DNA of 43,731 nucleotides, the filler included, from Jimgerdemannia flammicorona (lineage: Eukaryota), in NCBI GenBank assembly GCA_003990765.1. It is 2 parts of 2 records of this genome, joined end to end, with 100 filler letters (N's around TTAATTAATTAA, not from the genome) between each part and the next. Parts side by side here need not be neighbours in the genome. Positions count along the whole stretch, not along the records: positions 1 to 21,818 come from RBNJ01001386.1; positions 21,919 to 43,731 come from RBNJ01001387.1. One strand, 5' to 3'. Shown piece after piece: positions 11,900-24,108 of this stretch. How positions within the stretch are numbered: the first letter of the stretch is position 1; the number at the start of each line of letters is the position of its first letter. The notes below the pieces were generated by a model that made no database searches, was not told the origin of the DNA, and worked only from the letters and a program-made list of their open reading frames with translations. Made by a program: the position numbers and the translations under genes.

Positions 11900-12306
11900 T
11901 TCTGGTCCTTGTCTTTCTTGTGTTCAAGTTTGATAATCTTGGTGGCAGTATAGGCTCCTCTTCCAGTAGATCCAAAGCCTTGTTCTCCTCTCTTGGTCTT
12001 GATGAGTTCAATGGCTTCTATGATCTTGAGCTTCTTGATTTCATGGATCAGCATCTGGCCAATCCTGTCATGCTTCTTGACTTCAAATGGGGTGGTGGGG
12101 TTGTGTTTTCTGACTATGAGGAAGATCTCACCAATGTAATCAGGATCAATTTCTCCTCCTTCAACTGAGATTTCACTTTTGTCCAGACTGCTCCTGGTCT
12201 TGATAATTCCAGCATGGTTCTCTGGTAGCTTGACTCCAATTCCAGTACCAAGTAGGGTGGTGGTCTGTGGTTCAAGGGTAGCATCTTGAATGCTGGCAAG
12301 GTCCAT
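11900..12306 (-). pseudogene. Trimeric dUTPase domain within Ty3 pol (between PR and RT)
   Basis: All five motifs are recognisable: MDL, TRSS, GEIDPDYIGEI, DRIGQM, RGEQGFGSTG. Confidence 0.93.
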
Positions 12307-13049
12307 TCCTATGGCTCCTTCAGTCTTATATTCTGGGATCTTGGCTTCAGGGTGAAACTTCTTGACCTTGAGGGTGATATCTGATTCTTATTCTTCCTCA
12401 TCATCACTGTCAGCCTGAAGCTCTGGGGGCTGGTCATCTTCTTCAGCTTTCCTTTTTGCTTCAGCAGCTTCTTGCTCATATTTCTGTTGGCAGATTTTCC
12501 TGACTTCACTGATACAGGACCAGCAGTCATTCTGGTGTACATCCTAGTACCATGGGGACATCTTCCTTGAGGGGCATAGCTATCAATGATCTTGTTGTAT
12601 CACTGCTCATCTGTGAGCTTGGGTGTCTTGTTTTTGTTCTTATTCACTGAGTGCATAAAGACCTCTGTGTCCTCTTCATCTCCTTCCTCCATGTCTGGTA
12701 GAACTCCTTTGTGGACATTGATAGAGACTCATACCTTTCTTTCTCTATAGTTGATCTGCATCTTCTGGGCATTGAGGTCAATAATGGCCTTGGTCTTGTG
12801 AAGCCATTGATTGCCAATGAGGATATCATGATTGGTGGCACTTATAACAATCACATCTACTGGGATGGTAGCTCTTTCTATCTTGATGGAGACTTCTCAG
12901 ATTTTGCCAAGGGGGGTAGCTCGTGTACCATCTGCTGTGATGTAGACCATTTTGATGGACTCTTTTTTTTTTTTTTTTTTTTTTTTATAGTCACTTAGAC
13001 TCTGTCTTTATTACCAGTCTATGAATAAGTATACAATATCACCACTAAC

Positions 13050-16000
13050 TATCCGATTCCCATAGGGGAGCCCCTCCCCACCCCTTCATGAATAAAGATC
13101 ACCCTCTCACTAATGACTCCAACTCTCCCACTGCTCTGTCCTCAGATTTTCTCAACCAAGCAATGCCTCTGACCCCCCTGCAGCCCCCAACCAAGCCACC
13201 AGCCTGTCAAGGTGTCTTCCATAAGTCTCTGCCACCATGACAGCCAGCTCTCCAAGCTCTGTTACCTCCCATCCTCAAAAACAAATAGCCAGTAACCAGT
13301 CAGCCCAACCCAAATAGCCAATGCCCAACCTAAGATAATCCACTCCTTTTCTACCCCTCTTACCAATCAATCCCTCAAGTCCTCCCACCTCCTCTGTACT
13401 TCATCCCTCCTATGCCTCACCTCCAAGTGGTCTCTGATGACCTGCCAAAAGTCTCCCAACACCTTATACTCTCTTAGTCAATGTTCTGGCATCTATACAA
13501 AGCCCCCTTCCTGCCCTACATTGTGGCCTCCTCACAGTTGAAGTAACCCCCAATGATAAGGTGCCCTGAGTGGAAGTTGAGCATTGCATTCCTCCTCAGC
13601 ATATACCACCAGACCACCCAGTACTTTGGTGGCATCTATTTTCATACTGTGGCACTCCAGATCCAAACACCATGCCAGTCCCACTCTTCTCCAACTCCTT
13701 GCCAACCACTAGGCCACAGATCCTGGCCTGGTCCCCTCTGGCATTCTATTCCATCACCAACATCGAACTCAAGTAAAGGCATGCTGCCCAGCAGTATGCC
13801 ATCCCATCTCCACATCACTGGGTCCCAAGCCTCCTCCCCCTCATTCCCCTGCCAGCGAATACCAATGTGGTGTGCCCCCTCCACAATCCCCGACCAGAAA
13901 CCTCTATATCGTAATTGTGCAGTGCTCTGAAGTCCCACCAATAAGAGAAGATCACCAGTGGAGCCTCTCAGTAATGACTGCCTCTCCCAGACCTTCTGTA
14001 GCAGGGGAGCCCAATCCCCTCCTCGCAACTCTACCACCCTCTTAAGCCACCATGCCCTCATAGTTGTTTGGGAAAATCCACCAGCCCAAGACCACCTCTC
14101 ACCACCAGTAGGGATAAGGTCTCCCAATCAATTTGGCTCTGTCTGCCAGCCCAAATCCCTCTCTTGACCACCTTCACCAATCTCTTCACCACCCAGGCTG
14201 GGAAGTCCAGATGATAAGCCAAATACCACAGCTTCAGCAGCCAATATATATTCAAAATCAAGACCTATCCTGCTAGAGAAAAGTGTCTTCCCCCCCAACT
14301 CTGCAGGTCCTCCTCCTAAATTCCAATTTACTGCTCTCACTAAAGCCTGGGCAGAACTGACCCATAGACTAACAAATAGATGCCCAAGTACTGCACTGCC
14401 TCACCAGTGGGGACAATTGTTCCTATAATGGCTCCTCCCACCAGGCTATTGCCTAGCACCATTGTTTCACACTTGTGCTAATTCAGCTTTGTCCCAGAGT
14501 TCTCCTCATACCACTCTACTGTCTTTTTGAGCTCCTCGACATCAGCAATCGATCCCAAACCAACCACCATATCATCCACAAAGGCCCCAAATTTCCACCC
14601 AATGCTATAGATAGAGAGCCCCACTATCCTCTACCTAATTCTGTCCATTAGGGGTTTCAGGGAAAGAGCATACAAGATGGGGGACAGTGAGTCCCCCTGG
14701 GGCACCCCCCTACCCAGAGGGAACACTACCCCTCTATGCCCATTACACATAAGTGCAGCCCTACTCCCTTCCAGTAGGCTGATCATTGCCAACCAAAATT
14801 GGATTGGAACCCCAATTCTATCCAATACTTTCACCAGCCAGACTCATCACACTCAGTCATAAGCCTTCTTCTGGTCCAAGAAGACTAGTCACCCATCTAG
14901 TCCACAGGCTCTAGCCCCTTCAATAACTCTATGTACCCAGGCTGTACCATCTCTAATGAGCCAACCACCCACAAATCACCTCTGCTCAACCCCTACAACT
15001 TGCTGGGTTACCTTCTGTAGCCTCACGACCACCACCTTAGTCACCAACTTTCTGTCCATATCTAGCAACATTATCAGCCACCAGTTCTTCCAATCCTCTC
15101 ACCTTCCTTTATTCTTATAAAGCAGTGTCACCAGCCCCAGATCCTGCTCTCCCACCCATCTCCCTGTCTGCAATATAGAGTCACACAATGCCATCACCTC
15201 TCCCATCACACCTGGGACTCTAACCATTCACTTCCAGAAGTCCCAGAGTAGGCCATCCTCCCCAGATGCTGTACCTGAGGCTGTCATGACAAGAACCTGG
15301 TAGATCTCATCCTCCTTTATAGATATTACCAGGTCATCTAGTCCTGCAACTTGTGGTGGATACCAATCCTCCAATATTCAGTCAATGGCAGTAGTATCCA
15401 CCCCACCCTCCTCCTCACTCCACAATCCACTCCATCACTCCTTCAGTGATCCAAGAATATTCTGTACACCAGGCACTAGTACACCATCTAAGTCAAGTAC
15501 CTCTTCCCACTGTTGCTGTTCTAAGGATCCTCATGAGAAACTTGGAAGGCCTCTCTCCTTCCTCCAGCTCCTGCCAATGAAGCCTTGCCACCAAGCTTTG
15601 CACCCTCACCTCTTCCTCTTCCTGCAGCACCTGTTGTAGTTCCCCAACTTCTATCTTCACCCTCATTACTCTCCAATCTTCTTCTCTCTCCACCATTGCC
15701 AGTCTCACCCACTCCTCCAGAAGCCTAGCCAATCTAGTAAAAGCCCAGTGCACTCTCTACCATTGCTGCTTCCCTACCAACTTGCCAGCCTTGCTCTAGT
15801 ACATCCTGGCCATCTCTTTCATCCTCATCCACCAAACCCCAATCAAGGCACCTTCCTGCCACTAGTTCTCCACCCTCAGCTGAATATCTTTAGCCCACTC
15901 CTCCCACCAGGACTCATCATCTAACAAGGAGGAATTTAGACACCAATGTCCAGGCCCATCCCCACTTCCTCCAAAGTGCCCCTGTCCCAAAAGGCCCCAG

Positions 16001-16680
16001 TGATCCGACCATGGACACCATTCCACCTCCAGCGACTTCCAAACATCTCGGCCCCAATAGTTGGCCATCAGAACCCAGTCGATCCTTGTCCCCTGGCCTC
16101 CAGCCCAATGCATATATACCCTCCTATCCCTCCAGTACTCCCTACCAGCATCTACCAGCACTTCTAGTCTTTCGACTTCATCCCACATTGCCGGCCCCCC
16201 ACTCCTGCTCTCAGCACCCCATCCTCCATCAGTTCTATCCATCTGTATATCCTGAACCATATTGAAATCTCCCCCAAGCATATCCACTCCAGCCTCTGCC
16301 AGGATCCCACTCTCCTGGAGACCCTTCACCCAATCTACACACTCCTCCCTTATGGCAGAGCAGTAACAGGAGCCAACTGTAACTGGCTCCTAGCCTGTAC
16401 AAATCCATTTACCCCAGACCAGCCTCTCTCCCCAGCTCCTCACATCTCTTATCTCCCCTCTGCCTTTCTGAACCAGAATCCCAACCTTACTATTCCAAAT
16501 TGCCATGCCACTCCATTCCTTTGTCCATTCCATCCTATCAGAGTCATCCTCACACCTGACATCCTGCAAGAGGAAGAGATTGAACTCTAATCCCTTCAGC
16601 CAAATAAAAATGTTCCTATGTCTAACAGTGCCCCATAGCCCATTCATGTTCAAAGAATAAATATTGGTTGTACTGTTCAT
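13050..16680 (-). pseudogene. LINE ORF2 (APE endonuclease + RT), disrupted
   Basis: APE motifs SLNMNGL, LLQD, GGDFN, RIDWVL, SDH; RT motifs GVPQGDSLSPILY and AFVDD (~14570-14585); several frameshifts and stops. Confidence 0.9.
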
Positions 16681-16869
16681 AATGAAATACAATTTGTTAT
16701 CAGTTGATCTCTACTGCTCCATGCTCATCTCCTCCTGTACCATATTCAGATTATGTTCCACCATCACCTCCTCCTCTTCAGCCCTCTGAGCTTCCAATCC
16801 AGCCAACAGCTCATTCATCTCCCCATCCACCTTCTCCTCAAACTTCTCTCAGTACTCAATACAAGTCTC

Positions 16870-18653
16870 CTACCAAAGCTGCAATCTATGATGCTTGTTC
16901 CAATAGTACTCAGCTCTCACCCCAGCAACAACTGCCATCTCTGCCTCCCACTCCTTGTCCACCTCATACCCTTTCTCCTCCAGATACACCATGAGAATTT
17001 CTGTCTTCAGTGCCATCATCACTCCATCCCCCTGCAAAATCTGCACCCAGTGCTCATCATCCATCACTTGCAAGTCCACCTTCCCCAACTCTTCTATCAC
17101 CAGGTTATTCATCATCCTGCACATCTAAAGTAGGTTCCCCACCTCCTTCCCTTCAGGGGTCACTGGCCTCCCTCCATCCAGCATTGTGGTGTTGGCTCCA
17201 GCAATTACAGCCTCATCCCACACCTCTGGAATATCCCCAAGTTCCTCCTCCTCGGCTACCACCACACGTCCCCCATCCATCACCTCTGAAACACTGAATT
17301 TCACCTAATGGGTCCCCAGCATTGTCACATCCTCCACCATCTTATTTCTGGAAGCTGGGCCTCGCCTGATAAGAGGAGAAAGAGTGGGGGAATCCTCCCA
17401 GACCTCATCCCAAACCTCCAAGGTGCTATCAGCATATGGGTCAATAACCTTCACCTCCTTCACCTTCCCTGTCTCCTCCCCAGCATTTCCACTCCTCTCA
17501 CCAGCCCAGACACTTGCTTTGGCCCCTTCCACACCCATCATCTTGCTCACATTCTCCTGTGATCAGTTTCCCAGTTTAGCCAGCAGATCCTTCTGTCTCT
17601 TATGCCCCTGAGCCCTTTTCCACTGCACCTTGTCTACTCGAATCTTCTTTCCATCCACCACCTCCAGGTACATTGACTCCATGAAATCCTTCCAAGCCTT
17701 TGCTTGCTATTCAATTCCTCCAGCACTTCCAATAAATCCTCTTCCTCCTCTTCACTTCCTTTCACCCTTGTCACCCTGTACAAGATTGCTCCCCAGATCA
17801 TCACTGAAGGCCAGTCTCTTGCCTTCCCAGTAGCTTCTTTCTCAGCCAGCCGAATCCTCACATCTATGTCTCCAGTCCTAAGCAAGGTCCCTTCCCAGAC
17901 CCTGAATCTGATATCCACCACCTCTCCATACTCTGCCATGATATCCTCAACTCTCTTTCTCATCTCTATCACCATCACCATGGGCACTCCTTTCACCAGC
18001 AGTTGGACTACCCTTGGATCCCATTTCAGACACCTCGCCATTGGAACACACACCTCCCCAACCACCAGCCCAACCTTCAATGCCTCCTCCAGTGGCTCAG
18101 CCTCCTCAAAACCCACCTCCACACCCTCCAGTCCCATCAAAAACTTCACTGATGCAGCCCCTGCCACCTGCTTAGCAATAAGCCCCAGCACTATTTTCAC
18201 CATCACTGCTAAGCCCCAGAAGCACAGTGTAACCACAAATGCTGAGATTGATTTTTTGAGTAATGGGGTCACTGCCAGGCCCATCATGCCATCCGCTAAA
18301 TCTCCTTGTCTTCTAAGCCTCAGCTGCTCAGCCTCGCCAACAGCTGCCACATCTGGATTTTTTTCCAGATTAGCAGTTCTGTCACCATCAGCAGTCCCAC
18401 TCTCCCCAGCCACTACTCTCCCAGCTCCACTGCCCCCCTTCCCAAGGACTACTCCCCCATACACCACTACCTTTTCAGTCTCCTTGCCCCTCCTCAGCCA
18501 GCCCTCCAGCCCTGATGCCTGCTGCCTCCCCTTTACCATCTCTCCAAAGCTTGCTCTCCCAGACCCTTGTCTGCCACCAATACCTCCACCTCTTCCACAT
18601 CCTCCTGCCAGCAGCCCCCTCATGCCCCCCCCCAGGCCTGGGCCCCTCCCCAC
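16870..18653 (-). pseudogene. LINE ORF1 (Gly/Arg-rich N-terminus, RRM-like region), frameshifted
   Basis: ORF 17634-18653: LLVKGVP...MAEYGEVVDIR...TGDIDVRIRL..PSVM, typical of L1/Tx1 ORF1; downstream fragments continue to ~16870. Confidence 0.7.
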
Positions 18654-18799
18654 CTGCTGCTATTCAAAAGCACTTGGGCTGCCCTGCCCAGTACATACCT
18701 CAGATTGCCTGTTGGTTGCTATGTTGTTAGTCTCTTTTCTCCAAAAACAATGTTGTAAGTGCCTTCCAAAGGTTGTGTAACCTGAATGGTACCAGAGAA

Positions 18800-20311
18800 A
18801 GATGATCTTGGTGGACTCTTCAATATCCCAACCTAGGCAGTCAATTGCCTTCTTGCTCATGAGACATCCTCCAGCACTAGTATCAATGATGGTATCAAAG
18901 ATACAGTCTTTGATCTGGCAGAGAGTATAGGCTGATGTCTTGCACTGACCTTCAGATTCTTCACCTGAGTTTTCAGATTCTTTCTGTACATTGTGAGCTT
19001 CTACAATCTTATACTCTTGATTCTTGGTGGTAGTTGTAAGTCCTACTCTCAACTGCTGTCTGAAGGCAGGGACTTCAGCTAGTTATTCAAAAGTAGTATT
19101 GACCTTCTGTTCCTTGAGGTCCTTGTAGATATTATACTGGTGGATCTTGGTCTTATGCAGCTTCTGTTCCTTCTTGCTTTCACTTTCTCCTGAGACTGGA
19201 GTAGTGCCTTCAATGATTTGGCAGGCAGCTTCATCTAACTCCATATCTTGATCAATCTCCTCAAGTTGGGTCTACTTTGAATCATAACAGCTGGGGTCTT
19301 CTTTGGTCTTCCAACTGGCTTGCTGTTGCTCTTCCTGTCATAGGGCTTGGACTAAGTTCTGGTACCTTCAGTAGCAGGGTAGAATTTGAGCTCCTCATAG
19401 TATTCTTCATCATCAGTGTCACCAATCTCCTTGATGACTACTTCATTGATTTGTTCTCTAGTTCTGCTAGCATTACTTGGTTGGACTTTGCATCTTGTTT
19501 CAGTCATGCAACTCTTTGCATAGTGGCCTTCTTCTCCACATCTGAAGCATATGATATTGCATTCTTCTGAAGCAGCTGTAAATCTCTGTACTGATCTCCT
19601 GTTGGTGCTTTAGACTTCTCTAACAATATTACCAAGGTGTACAGTCATCTTGGCAAACTGCTTGGTGAGTTCTTCCACTGGGTCAGCTTTGGTTGTCTTG
19701 GGGGTAGGTAGAGTTAGTTGTCTGTTTACAACTATGGCAGATATAATACTAGTTGGCTTTGATGGCTCCATTTTGATGTCAGTTATTTTCTCCATTGAGT
19801 GTTCAGCAGGGTGTCTGGTAGTCTAATATCTCTGTGTAAAGATCACTTTCTGATCAAGGGTCAGTGCAGCTGGGGTAGACTGGATTATTAAGGTAATTTC
19901 AGGGTGAACTCCTTTGAGGAAGGTTGAATCTGCTATTTGTTCCTTAAGGCAGTCATCATAGCCAGCCAAGATAATCTGGTGGCTGATTTGGATATAGAAT
20001 GAGTTGGGATCTTCACTAAGTCTCTGGCAGATAGTATTGAGTTGATCCTTGAGAGCTTACTTGATTTCTTCAGTATAATATATTGTTCTGAGAAAGGCCT
20101 TCATATTGGTAAGTTTGGCTGCACCAGTGTCAGCAACAGTGGCTACATTGAACTTATCTCTGGCAGATCCTCTGAGGCTGACTGGTAGAAGGGCCAATTG
20201 TACATCCACATCAAGGGCTTGTACAGCAGCAAATTGTTCAAAGTCTTCAATGAAGATCAGGATTGACTCTTCAGTAGTATATCTATAGAATGTGGGGGGA
20301 CACATTTCCAT
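18800..20311 (-). pseudogene. Ty3 element 1 gag and N-terminal half of the aspartic protease (C-terminal half at ~12700-12963)
   Basis: Gag-like PPTF..FIEDFE..LRGSARDKF; protease DTIIDTSAGGCLMSK..LGW resumes as ESIKMVYITADGTRATPL beyond the LINE. Confidence 0.8.
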
Positions 20312-20411
20312 CTTGTCTTGAATTCTTACAGGGGTAACTCTTGTAGTCAGGGTAGTTGTTGTGGGGGTTGTTTATTTTTCAGCTTGAAAGTGAGGGATTC
20401 ATCTTAAATCA

Positions 20412-20428
20412 CCAGCCAATGGGCACCA
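20412..20428 (-). promoter_or_regulatory. Putative primer-binding site of Ty3 element 1
   Basis: Minus strand TGACA-act-TGGTGCCCATTGGCTGG directly after the 5' LTR; tRNA identity not assigned. Confidence 0.6.
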
Positions 20429-20431
20429 AGT

Positions 20432-20675
20432 TGTCATGTAGTGGTTGCTGAATTCTTCTAATATACCAGATTCTCTTCAAGGAAGTTCTTATTGGAGTGC
20501 CTTCCTAAGGTCTTATAGTCCTCAAACTTCTTATCTTAAACTGTCTTGTTATCTCTTAGATTGCTTGCAAGGAAGTGTATTTATTATACTGAGAGGAACT
20601 AACTTTATTTCAGAGGAAATAAGAGGGGTATTTATACAAAATATAATTCAATGGTTGCTAAGATATAAAGCTAAA
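20432..20675 (-). repeat. Truncated 5' LTR of Ty3 element 1
   Basis: Colinear with 7097-7376 apart from a ~35-bp deletion; homology stops abruptly at GCTAAA 20675. Confidence 0.9.
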
Positions 20676-20680
20676 CCTTT

Positions 20681-21818
20681 CTCCGCTACCTTACCAGTTA
20701 CAAGGTTTGGTAGGCGACCTTCCGAGTTCCCTTTCCCCTAATATTACCCCCTCTACCTTGGGTTGGTTTGCTGTGCCTACAGGGGCATAGTGGGAGGAGG
20801 GCAATGGTGCTGAGTTGCCCCTTTATCGGTGTCAGATTGGTGCTTCCTCCACTTTTTTGCAGATTCTGGTGCCTTCAGCTGCGTCTGGGGTGTACCCGTT
20901 TTGGTGCGGCACCTTCTTCCTTTTGCCGTTGCCAACAAGGAGTTGTCTCGGTGTGTCTCGGGCTACATAGAGAGTCGGCCAACCTTGGGCGTCAAGTGCT
21001 CAGTGTAGGTTACCTGCAGGTCCTCGGTGTCTGTGGTGGGGCCCTCTGGCTTTGGCGAGCTTCCCGGCAAGCGCGGTTCTGGCTTAGGTGACTGCTTTTC
21101 GGGTGTTGTCGGGATGGGAGGGGAGATGGCCATCACAGATAGGCAGAAGGGCGATTACGGTGAACCAGTAGGGTACCAGGCTGGGGGCGGTCATCGGGGC
21201 TGGGGCAGGTACTGCTTCGGTGGGGCCTTTTGATTGGTGCAGCGTGGTTAGGTGGTAGGTGTCACTCTCGGCTTCTTTTGGTAGATAGCAGAGTGAGGCC
21301 CCAGTCGTCAGGGGGGGGCCGGGGGGCCCGAGGCTACCCATTTCAGGCGTCTTAGCTGCACTCAACTGGAACCGGGAGCTAATATGGCAATGTGATCGAG
21401 GCCCACAGGCTTGAGTAGTGGGGTATTAGGGGTTTCCTCCCACCTCACGTGTAAGTCCTTTACTCATCTCGACTGGGAGAACCAGGCCCTACCCACTGTG
21501 TTGTGCTTTGATGGGGGTTTTTTATTTGCCTGTCATTCTCTTTGGGGTGGCAGGGGCTATTCTATTCGGCTCGGGCATGGCCTTGTACATATGTTGGGTT
21601 CTCAGGCATGCACTTTCGGTCATTGGTATATGGTTGGGTTTCCCCTGGTGGTAGGAAGAGCATGGTGTGCAGAATGAGGTGCGGGCTTATGTATCAGCCC
21701 TGCTGCACCTGGCATAGTCGAGCTGCTGGACAATAGCTAGCCTAGGTTAATGGGGGGGCAGTGCTTGGTGGGTGGTGGGGGAGGGTTTTGGCCTATATAG
21801 TCTAGGTTCCCTTCCAAT
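20681..21818. repeat. Unclassified ~1.1-kb repeat, copy A (CpG-retaining)
   Basis: Its reverse complement aligns along its whole length with 21950-23081. Confidence 0.85.
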
Positions 21819-21918
21819 NNNNNNNNNNNNNNNNNNNNNNNNNNNNNNNNNNNNNNNNNNNNTTAATTAATTAANNNNNNNNNNNNNNNNNNNNNNNNNN
21901 NNNNNNNNNNNNNNNNNN
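21819..21918. other. Assembly gap with artificial six-frame stop linker
   Basis: 44 N + TTAATTAATTAA + 44 N. Confidence 0.97.
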
Positions 21919-21949
21919 TTTTAATAGACTCAAAGTCTCACAGATTTTT

Positions 21950-23081
21950 ATTGGAAGGGAACCTAGACTATATAGACCAAAACCCTCCCCAACCACCCAT
22001 CAAGCACTGCCTTCCCATTAATCTAGGCTAGCTATTGTCCAGCAGCTCAACCATACCAGATGTGGCAGGGCCTATGGTGGTCTGTATCTCATTCTGTATA
22101 CCATGCTCTTCCTACCACTAGGGGGAATTCAGCCATATGCCAACGACCAAAAGCACATGGCTGAGACCCCAACATATATACAAGGCCATGCTTGAGCCAA
22201 ATAGAATAGCCCCTGCCACCACAAGGAGAATGACAGGTAAAGAAAAACTCTCATCAAAGTACATCATGGTGGGTAGGGTCTGGTTCTCTCAGTCAAGGTA
22301 AGTAAAGAACTTATATGTGAGGTGGGAGGAGGTCCCCAATACCCCACTACTCAAGCCTGCAGGTCTTGATCACATTGCTGTTTCAGCTTTTGGTTCTAGT
22401 TGAGTGCAGTCAAGATGTCTAAAATGGGTAGCCTCAGGCCCCCCAACCCCCCCCAATGATTAGGGCCCAATCTGCCAAATTATCAAAAGAAGCTGAGAGT
22501 GATACCTACTACCTAACTGCTCCATACCAATCAAAAGACTCCACCAAAGCAGCACCTGCCCCAGCCCTGATGACTGCCCCCAGTCTTGTACTCTACCAGT
22601 TTATCATAATCACCCTTCCTCTTATCTATAATGGCCATCTTCTCTCCCATTTCAACAATACCTGAAAAACAGTTACCTACACCAGAACCATGCTCACTGA
22701 GAAGCTCACCAAAGCCAGAGGGCCCCACCATAGGCACCGAGGACCTGCAGGTAATCTATACTGGGCACTTGATACCTAAGATCAGCCAACTCTACATAAC
22801 CCATATTATATCAAGACAGCACCTCGTTAGTAATAGCAAAAGGAAGAAGGTGCTGTACCAAAATGGATATACTCCAGATGTAGCCAAAGGCACCAGAAAC
22901 TATGAAAAAGTAGAGAAGATACTGAATGGACACTAATAAAGGACAACTCATCACCATCACCTCCCTCCCACTGTCCTTCAATAGGTGCAGCAAACCAATC
23001 CAAGGTAGAAGGGGTAATAATTGTAGAAAGTGGACTCAGAAGGTTGTCAACCAAACCATTGTGATCAGTAAGATAGTGGAG
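21950..23081. repeat. Unclassified ~1.1-kb repeat, copy B (inverted, more C>T/G>A eroded)
   Basis: TTGGAAGGGAACCTAGACTATATAG... is the reverse complement of the end of copy A; both copies end at the same ..G(G/A)TAG(C/T)GGAG point. Confidence 0.85.
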
Positions 23082-23102
23082 GTGCTTTACACTTATGTTC
23101 TA

Positions 23103-23212
23103 TACTTCTGTACATTTGTACATATATGTACTTTATATTTATATTCTGTACTTCTGTACATTTGTACATATATGTACTTTATATTTATATTCTGTACTTC
23201 TGTACATTTGTA
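23103..23212. repeat. 46-bp perfect tandem repeat, ~2.4 copies
   Basis: TACTTCTGTACATTTGTACATATATGTACTTTATATTTATATTCTG starts at 23103, 23149 and (partially) 23195. Confidence 0.9.
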
Positions 23213-23489
23213 TGCATTTTTCATTACCACCTACCTCTCTCTATATATACATACACTTAGTGGTTGGGCTGATTTTTTATACTATGTATTTCATTCAAAT
23301 ACAAAACAAAGATCATTCATTTGATATTTCTTAGGTTCTAGAGTTGTTATATGGTTATTTATTGATTGACAATGAGATTATTGGTGTATCTTTTTTCTTG
23401 TCATACAATTTGACATTATATAGGTATAGTATAGTTAATATTATACAAATATAGTATAGTTTTTACTATGTCTTTATTATGTAGATTGA

Positions 23490-24108
23490 CATTATGGCAA
23501 AATATTGAATAAGCTATAGGATCTCATTTAACTACAAAATAAAATACAAAAATAATAAAGGTATAGAGTAATTTAAAGCTTATTTCAATACTAAGAATTA
23601 TTTATAGAATTATAGAGTTGACTATAATAAAACCCTTTCTCTGATATTTAAGCTCACTTCACTAAGAATACTTCTCACCATTAGCACTATATATGATCTA
23701 GAAATATATTAGATAGATATAAAGACAATCTTTCCCAATTACAATATAGGTATTGAGCTATATATTTATTAGCCAAAAGAATATAAACTATATGTTAGTC
23801 AGAATGACAATCTTATATATAAACTATATATAGAATTATATGGTATTAAGCAAGCAGTCTATTTGTAGAATAGAAAAATCAATAAACATCTCTTTAATAA
23901 TAGATTCATATACTATAAAGTAAATAGCTAAATATATATTCAATATTATACTGATGGAGTAGCTTTTATAAGTATATGAATAGATGATATTATTATCATT
24001 ACTATAAAAAAAAATAGGCTTCATAGAGTAAAAGAAGTTCTGTATAAAGAATTCAAGATAACAGACATAAGTAATATATTCTTTCTTTTGGAGATATCTA
24101 TTATATAT
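23490..24108 (+). mobile_element. Ty1/copia RT relic, 5' part (continues at 34953)
   Basis: Degenerate motifs: YRVDYNKTL (YGVDYxETF), DIKTIF (DVKTAF), ELYGIKQA (LYGLKQA), EFKITDIS..FLLEI (EFxMTDLG..FLGI). Confidence 0.7.

Larger units (their letters stand above)
12964..18799 (-). mobile_element. Full-length (~5.8 kb) L1/Tx1-like non-LTR retrotransposon inserted in the Ty3 protease
   Basis: 24-nt poly(A) tail (T run 12963-12986); ~20-bp degenerate TSD 12944-12963 / 18800-18819 (16/20 identical); ORF1 plus APE-RT ORF2; strong G-rich sense-strand skew. Confidence 0.92.
7097..20675 (-). mobile_element. Ty3/gypsy LTR retrotransposon 1 (gag-PR-dUTPase-RT-RH-IN), decayed, split by a LINE, 5' LTR truncated
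   Basis: LTR homology 7097-7376 vs 20432-20675, both ending TGACA on the minus strand; PBS-like TGGTGCCC at 20428; domain order PR (IIDTSA), dUTPase, RT (YVDD), RH (KLECLAVVWA), IN (WKGPF). Confidence 0.92.

Noticed and set aside
17704..18780. 358-aa Ser/Pro/Thr-rich plus-strand ORF
   Set aside because: Antisense shadow of the G-rich LINE ORF1, low complexity and without motifs.
21411..21677. GYSIRLG as a possible Ngaro tyrosine-recombinase GHSFRIG motif
   Set aside because: No supporting downstream GRW or Tyr motifs, so probably chance.
21863..21874. TTAATTAATTAA palindrome
   Set aside because: Artificial six-frame stop linker within the N gap, not biological.
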